A stretch of DNA of 55,664 bases, the filler included, from Bipalium vagum (Eukaryota), in assembly GCA_037834085.1 (NCBI GenBank). It is 3 parts of 3 records of this genome, joined end to end, with 100 filler letters (N's around TTAATTAATTAA, not from the genome) between each part and the next. Parts side by side here need not be neighbours in the genome. Positions count along the whole stretch, not along the records: positions 33,042 to 55,664 come from JBBMKC010218909.1; 2 more parts are not named here. One strand, given 5' to 3'. The notes below the pieces were generated by a model that ran no database searches, was not told the DNA's origin, and worked only from the letters and a program-made list of their open reading frames with translations. The translations under genes and the position numbers were made by a program. Positions 51,301-55,664 of the stretch are shown piece by piece (position 1 is the stretch's first letter; every line of letters starts with the position of its first letter).

Positions 51301-54300
51301 ATTTATCAATCTCGAATATCAAAATATCTTATTAAAGTCGAGTTATTAGATCTTTATAAAATATTTAATATCAACAAATGATAGAATCAAAATCGAGGTC
51401 AATTGAACCGAAACTATCAATGACTTTAATTACAACCAAGACTTGTCACTTAATCAAGCTAAAATAGAAATTCTTTCCAACAACAATTTTCATATTTGTA
51501 TAATTCGTGAGGTACACATCGTTGTTTAATCGTCAATTACTGAAGGGATAGAGACATTGAATTTCAAAGCTAACTACTGCGTACTTTGAGATAGATCTTT
51601 CTCCACTATTGCTTCTAGGTCAGTTTGATTTCATTTAGTCTCAGGTTGACCACATATCTTGAAGACAGAAATCTCCTCTAATGAACTTCTGAAGCCATCA
51701 AAACACCACACCATTATTTCATTGACGACCTTGGTCCCAAACAAATCAATCATATTTCAAACACGAATTTTTGAAATATCTATTGTTTAGAAAAGTTACT
51801 CTACGAATGCAAATTTATTATATTATAAATATGTGCTATAAAAAGTAATTATCTATTTATGCAGTAAAACAAAAATAAATAACTTTCGAGTTAAAATATT
51901 TAAAATATCATATATCAAACTTTTGATTTTGCAAATGCGACATTTCATACTTAATGACCTAATATTTTAAAATGTAATATATGCAAATAAAAATAAATTT
52001 AAATATAGCTAAATATATATTTTCTAAAAGAAGAATTTTCCATTTATGAAAATTAATCACTAAGACAAAAAACTCGTAATGAAAAGATTTGTCAACTAAT
52101 TTTATAATATTCAATATATTAAAATTTAAAGTATATTTACTAATTAAGTCTAAGTTTATTTAATTATAATTATAATAATAATTATTATTATTTTATACTA
52201 ATATAAATATTATCATAATTATTAAGATCATTTAATATATTTTTTTATAAATCCACTCATGTTTTTAATTCTTGCTTAGTCGATTATGAAGAAGTTTACA
52301 TAGGCAGCATTCTTAGACCGAGTATAACAGTTTATCGATCAAGATTAGACAGACTAATATTATCCTGGAAAAGCGAAGGTCTTGCAAATCATCTGGCATA
52401 CATAGTTATCATTTTCAATGAGAAAAAAAGAAAGTCTTGGAAAATTGTTATTTTTTATAAAATTCAATAATATTTGATCAAAATAATTTTTAAGATCACA
52501 AATGAAATGAAAGTAACTATAAACAAATATGCCAAATGCGGTGATCAGATATTGGTTGATATCAAACAAGCTTCTGAATCAACTTATAGTGATTCTATCA
52601 CGAAACAATTAGTAGTTCCTTGTACGACAGGTGTGGATTTTACTAAATACTTTTTATACTACTTATTTTTGTCTTTGAAAACATAATTATTAACTAATTT
52701 TTGTTTTATTAAGTTTTTCAGAAAGTTTTGCACATTTTTGTTTATATACATTAAAATTGTAAATAATTAAAATAACTTATTTAAAGATTATTTAATACTA
52801 TATATATATAGCATTTAGTATTAATCTAGTTTGCTTTTAAATTAAAATTTGACTACCTTTTTAAATTTTAAAGTGGTTCAAAAAATTCAGCAAGGATGAT
52901 ATGGACCACTGTAGATTCGGTAGCTATTTTCAAAGCTGTAAAAATGAATCCATCAAATAATACGCGTAGATTGCCGGCTGAAACTCTAACATCACAGCCA
53001 TCCGTGGTTCGTTATTTATATCAACATAAAAATCGATACAAGCGCGTTTCTGAAGTACCACATGATTTGACGCCAAGTCAAGCTGGACGCCGTTTGTCGA
53101 TCTGTCGTCAATTATTAAATAATGCAAATGTTGAACGCTTTATACGTCGCATAGTCACGTGCGACGAACAATGGATATATTTTTATAATTCAAACAGGAG
53201 AAATCAATGGTTGGAACAAGGCCAGAAGCCCAAGACTAAGCAAGATAGGTTCGGAAAAAAGATCATGTTGTGCGTGTGGTGGAACTTTAAGGAGATTATA
53301 CACTTTGAAGTACTTTCAGATGGCCAAACCATTACTGCGGAGTTATATTCTGCTCAATTCGATCGGATGTACCAACCATTAGCCATAAAATATACTACTT
53401 TAGTCAATAGAAAGCGGGTACTTCTGCAACAGGATAATACTCGTCCGCATACAGCGCGAGTAACGCAAACGAAATTACCCAATTAGAAGGAATTGAAATT
53501 TTACCAGATCTGGCACCCAGCAATTACCACCTTTACCGATCAATGAGTCATTTACTAAGAGGACGACAGTTTGAGAATATAGAACAGGTTGAAACAGGAT
53601 GTCGTGAATTTTTCTTTTCCAAAGCATGGTACCGGAGTGACATCGTTGGATTAAGATAGTGAACATAATGGTCTTTTTTTTCTGAATAAAATTTGTTTGA
53701 TTGCTAGATTCTTATCTCTGAAACATGCATAATATTTTTATTAAAAACGCATGAACTTATGAATCAACCCAATATTAAATATTAGTACACTTAATATTAT
53801 TTTCCTTGAAAAATTACATAGATAATTCATATTCCTCATATATATATATTTTTTTATATCTTAGGAATTCCAGAAATTATTGATTTTTTTATAATTAAAA
53901 AAGAAACCTCAGCCAAAAAGCTGCCCAAATTCGAAATGAGACTTATCTTCGAAACGAAAGCAAATTCTGAGAAAATTGATGGAAAATACCAATGTAGTAT
54001 TAATATTACTTTGAAAAAAGATTCAGGTAAAACGGAACTCATTAGATCTAGAATGATATCTTGTTTGGATAAACTGTTTATGGATTCTTATTACATTTCG
54101 AGAGGTTTACAATTTCGATGGAGCAATATTTGTGCGGAAATGATTATTGGAAAACTATCTACAATAAAATGTGTTTCTGTTGATATCTTGACAAGTAAAA
54201 ATCAATGTTATTGATGATAGCATTCATTTTATTTTAAAAAATTTTATCTAATTTCATTGGTTTTTAATTTTTATTTTAAGCCAATGAAACTGCAATAATC

Positions 54301-54669
54301 TTACCGAATTTTCAAACAACGATATTTACTAGTATCGAAAACAATATTAAAAAAATCTATATAACCCAAAACCGAAAATCTATAACAATAATTGATTCAA
54401 AGGGAAATCATAGAACTATTTTAATAACAGTAATTTCCTAACTCAAAAAATTAATTGATATTATTTTTAAAATGACAGGAATTTATCATGTCAAAGATAG
54501 AACTTGATTGGCCAAAAAACAATTTATTCTGGAGCGAAGTAAGAGGAAATCTTTCCTACGTTTTCAATGTTCAGTTGAGTCTCAATAATGTAAACCTGAG
54601 GAATGGAAGCGTCCTTTGGTATTCGAAAAATGAAGAAATTGATAGATGGACAACAAATTCGAAAACAAG
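34730..54669 (+). CDS. ROS1/Sevenless-like receptor (tyrosine kinase) extracellular region; partial multi-exon gene
   Basis: Exons 34730-34825, 35117-35165, 35249-35408, 36333-36473, 36525-36614, 42314-42489, 42533-42627, 42680-43083, 43132-43221, 44440-44748, 47501-47667, 48645-48922, 49916-50049, 52280-52446, 52495-52630, 53865-54194, 54281-54429, 54479-54669. All are AG/GT bounded and phase-compatible, giving 3162 nt without a stop. YWTD-propeller-like motifs (DYDWLNRYI, VDPLNGYL, VDYRTGNVYFID, LDWPKNNLFWSE) alternate with FN3-like segments (FEINW, IISTW, LILSW) in ROS1 order. Many N-x-S/T sites. The kinase domain is not in the window. Confidence 0.8.
36850..37810 (+). mobile_element. Mariner relic (near full-length, frameshifted) in the ROS1-like intron
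   Basis: LMYEYELGNSA, KLIPHDLT, FQQDLARSHT and HPAYSPDMTPSDYH. Confidence 0.9.
37860..41590 (+). mobile_element. Ty3/Gypsy LTR-retrotransposon relic (gag-PR-RT-RNase H-integrase); LTRs not evident
   Basis: Gag-like VKQKKDERFATFEIRI. Protease LWDSEASVTV. RT EHDIRM...KSPWNSSLVM...FLGLTNYY. RNase H LDIEASFNAIGALLSQ...IAYGSR...RTDH. Integrase HxxxxH/CxxC, GRPESILTD and HQSNGLVER. Many frameshifts and stops. Confidence 0.95.
41600..42150 (+). pseudogene. Mariner 3' relic
   Basis: TARVYNA*LHRL, HGNACSHT, HSNDLSASGFH and RWE*VINNGDDY. Confidence 0.8.
43486..43930 (-). pseudogene. Decayed mariner 3' relic
   Basis: FLDTPKPH, DLATSYSHLFRS and HFLEKTKFLVLNDIENHV. Confidence 0.6.
45180..45790 (-). pseudogene. 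Highly decayed mariner relic
   Basis: WNKPGIV (similar to WWDxxGIV). TIR-like TTTGGTTGTATCAACAGTTTCCGCGA. Confidence 0.4.
46200..47089 (+). mobile_element. Decayed mariner relic
   Basis: TEQYWIRKFLTGD*YLKDE, LKTIIKADPQIT and RFLKHIVKCNQ. 3' TIR-like ...TAACATCAACCTAA-TA. Confidence 0.7.
47320..47391 (-). tRNA. tRNA-Ala(CGC)-like gene with an aberrant anticodon arm (pseudo-tRNA, SINE head or tRNA-derived ncRNA)
   Basis: GGGGATGTAGCTCAGCGGTCAGAGCAGTGCATGCGCATGTGAAGGTCCCGGGTTCGAATCCCGGTATCTCCG. Intact acceptor stem with G3:U70, D stem GCTC/GAGC, T stem CCGGG/CCCGG, A and B boxes. The canonical anticodon stem does not pair; G33 and G73. Confidence 0.75.
48345..48420. repeat. (TAT)n microsatellite
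   Basis: About 15 perfect units; source of the spurious poly-Tyr ORF. Confidence 0.95.
50330..51158 (+). pseudogene. Tc1/IS630-like (DD34E) relic
   Basis: WTLKSPDINL/KNTWKML...PKNTKDLQERL, similar to WPxxSPDLNxIENxW. Confidence 0.55.
51500..51962 (-). pseudogene. Mariner 5' relic with TIR
   Basis: WLQKFIRGDFCLQD and a VPHEL-like linker. TIR reverse complement TA-TTAGGTCATTAAGTATGAAATGTCGCA. Confidence 0.6.
52870..53772 (+). mobile_element. Mariner (DD34D) element, 5'-degraded, with 3' TIR
   Basis: 196-aa ORF with VPHDLT, IVTCDEQWIY, IMLCVWW and QQDNTRPHT; frameshifted PDLAPSNYHL. TIR ...GCATGAACTTATGAATCAACCCAA-TA. Confidence 0.93.
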
Positions 54670-55145
54670 GTCTTTTTAGATTAAGTTTTCAGACTATTGA
54701 AGTATTTCAATGAAGAATCTTTTCTTCAGTTATTGTCAATATTATGAACGCGTATTTTTAATCATTTAATTTAATAACAAAAAAGTGACCTTTAGGTTTT
54801 ACATTGGATATACAGGACTTCAAGAAACTTCATGATTTTATTTCTCCTTTCATTTATTAATGGATTTGTCTTTATAATTAAAATAATTTTTAAAGAAATT
54901 AAAATTGGAAATAAAATAATGGCTCTTAATATGAAAAATTATTTTAAAACTTTATTATTTAAGGAAAATAAAATAAAATTAAAAAAAAATTCAGTTAAAA
55001 TTAAAATAAATACGATACGTTCTTATTTGTACAAAGGGTTGGGTCACACCACGAGAATTTTTATTTTCAAATCATAATTTACGTAATTTATCTAAATAAT
55101 TTGAAATATATACATATATGTAATGTAATATATATGTAATATATA

Positions 55146-55664
55146 CAGTTGCCGCCAAAAATTTAGGATATTTTATTGAAAGGCAAAAAATAAGATATTA
55201 TTAATATATTTCTATTCAATTTTTTCATTTTTCATATGTACAAACAAAGATGTCCCTGATTTTTCAGAACTTCTTGGATCCTGCTAGGTATGCTATCAGG
55301 CAAAGAAAGACAATTTGCAAGAAAGTTTTCGCTTTTCCAAACTTGCTGAATAACCTCCGTCAAATAGGTTAGTGTTGATGGCTTTTCGGTTGAAATTTTG
55401 CGTTTGATTTTCATTCAGAAATTCTCAATTGGATTGAGGTCTGGGCTTTGTGCTGGCCAAGGGAGTACTTCAATATCCTCACTTGCCAGCCAATTTGACA
55501 CTACCTTTGCTTTATGCGCCTTTGACATGGAGTGCAATCGTGTTGAAAAGGACTACAGCCAAGGCGTTGCATTGATGGCAGAAGATATTGCCGAAGAACT
55601 TGTAGATAACTGTTAGCGTTCATCGTCATGTTTTTTGGTAGGCAGTATAAATTTCCTGTTCCAT
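55146..55664 (-). mobile_element. Tc1-like (DD34E) element 3' part, runs off the window
   Basis: HKAKVVSNWL, VLPWPAQSPDLNPIENF and DSIPSRIQEVLKNQG. TIR TA-CAGTTGCCGCCAAAAATTTAGGATA. Confidence 0.9.

Noticed and set aside
52896-53486. Domesticated SETMAR-like gene
   Set aside because: No SET domain, a frameshift/deletion before the third catalytic D, and a retained TIR: an ordinary dead mariner.

Overview
Very AT-rich eukaryotic (animal-like) genomic DNA in three contig blocks joined by two artificial 100-nt spacers (44 N + TTAATTAATTAA + 44 N). Most entries in the ORF track are transposon debris or chance ORFs. The host genes are intron-split and I rebuilt them by hand. (1) A + strand chain of 18 phase-compatible exons (about 34730-54669, about 1054 codons, no stops) encodes the ectodomain of a highly divergent ROS1/Sevenless-like receptor: FN3-FN3-YWTD-FN3-YWTD-FN3-FN3-YWTD, continuing past the window. 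(2) A - strand PDZ gene resembles PDZRN3/4 (LNX3/4, Slip1). (3) A + strand exon encodes a single-pass transmembrane segment. An antisense intronic tRNA-Ala-like element has an aberrant anticodon arm and flanking inverted repeats. Introns and intergenic DNA contain dead mobile elements from about 11 lineages: mariner DD34D, Tc1 DD34E, DD37E, DD39D, DD41D, pogo/Tigger, IS630-like, Merlin, hAT, Ty3/Gypsy and probably BEL/Pao. None has an intact transposase ORF. I found no clear-cut new multi-gene system. The best leads are the strongly degenerate 5' splice sites, the tRNA-Ala-like hairpin RNA and the divergent ROS1-like receptor. The host species cannot be determined from the sequence alone.
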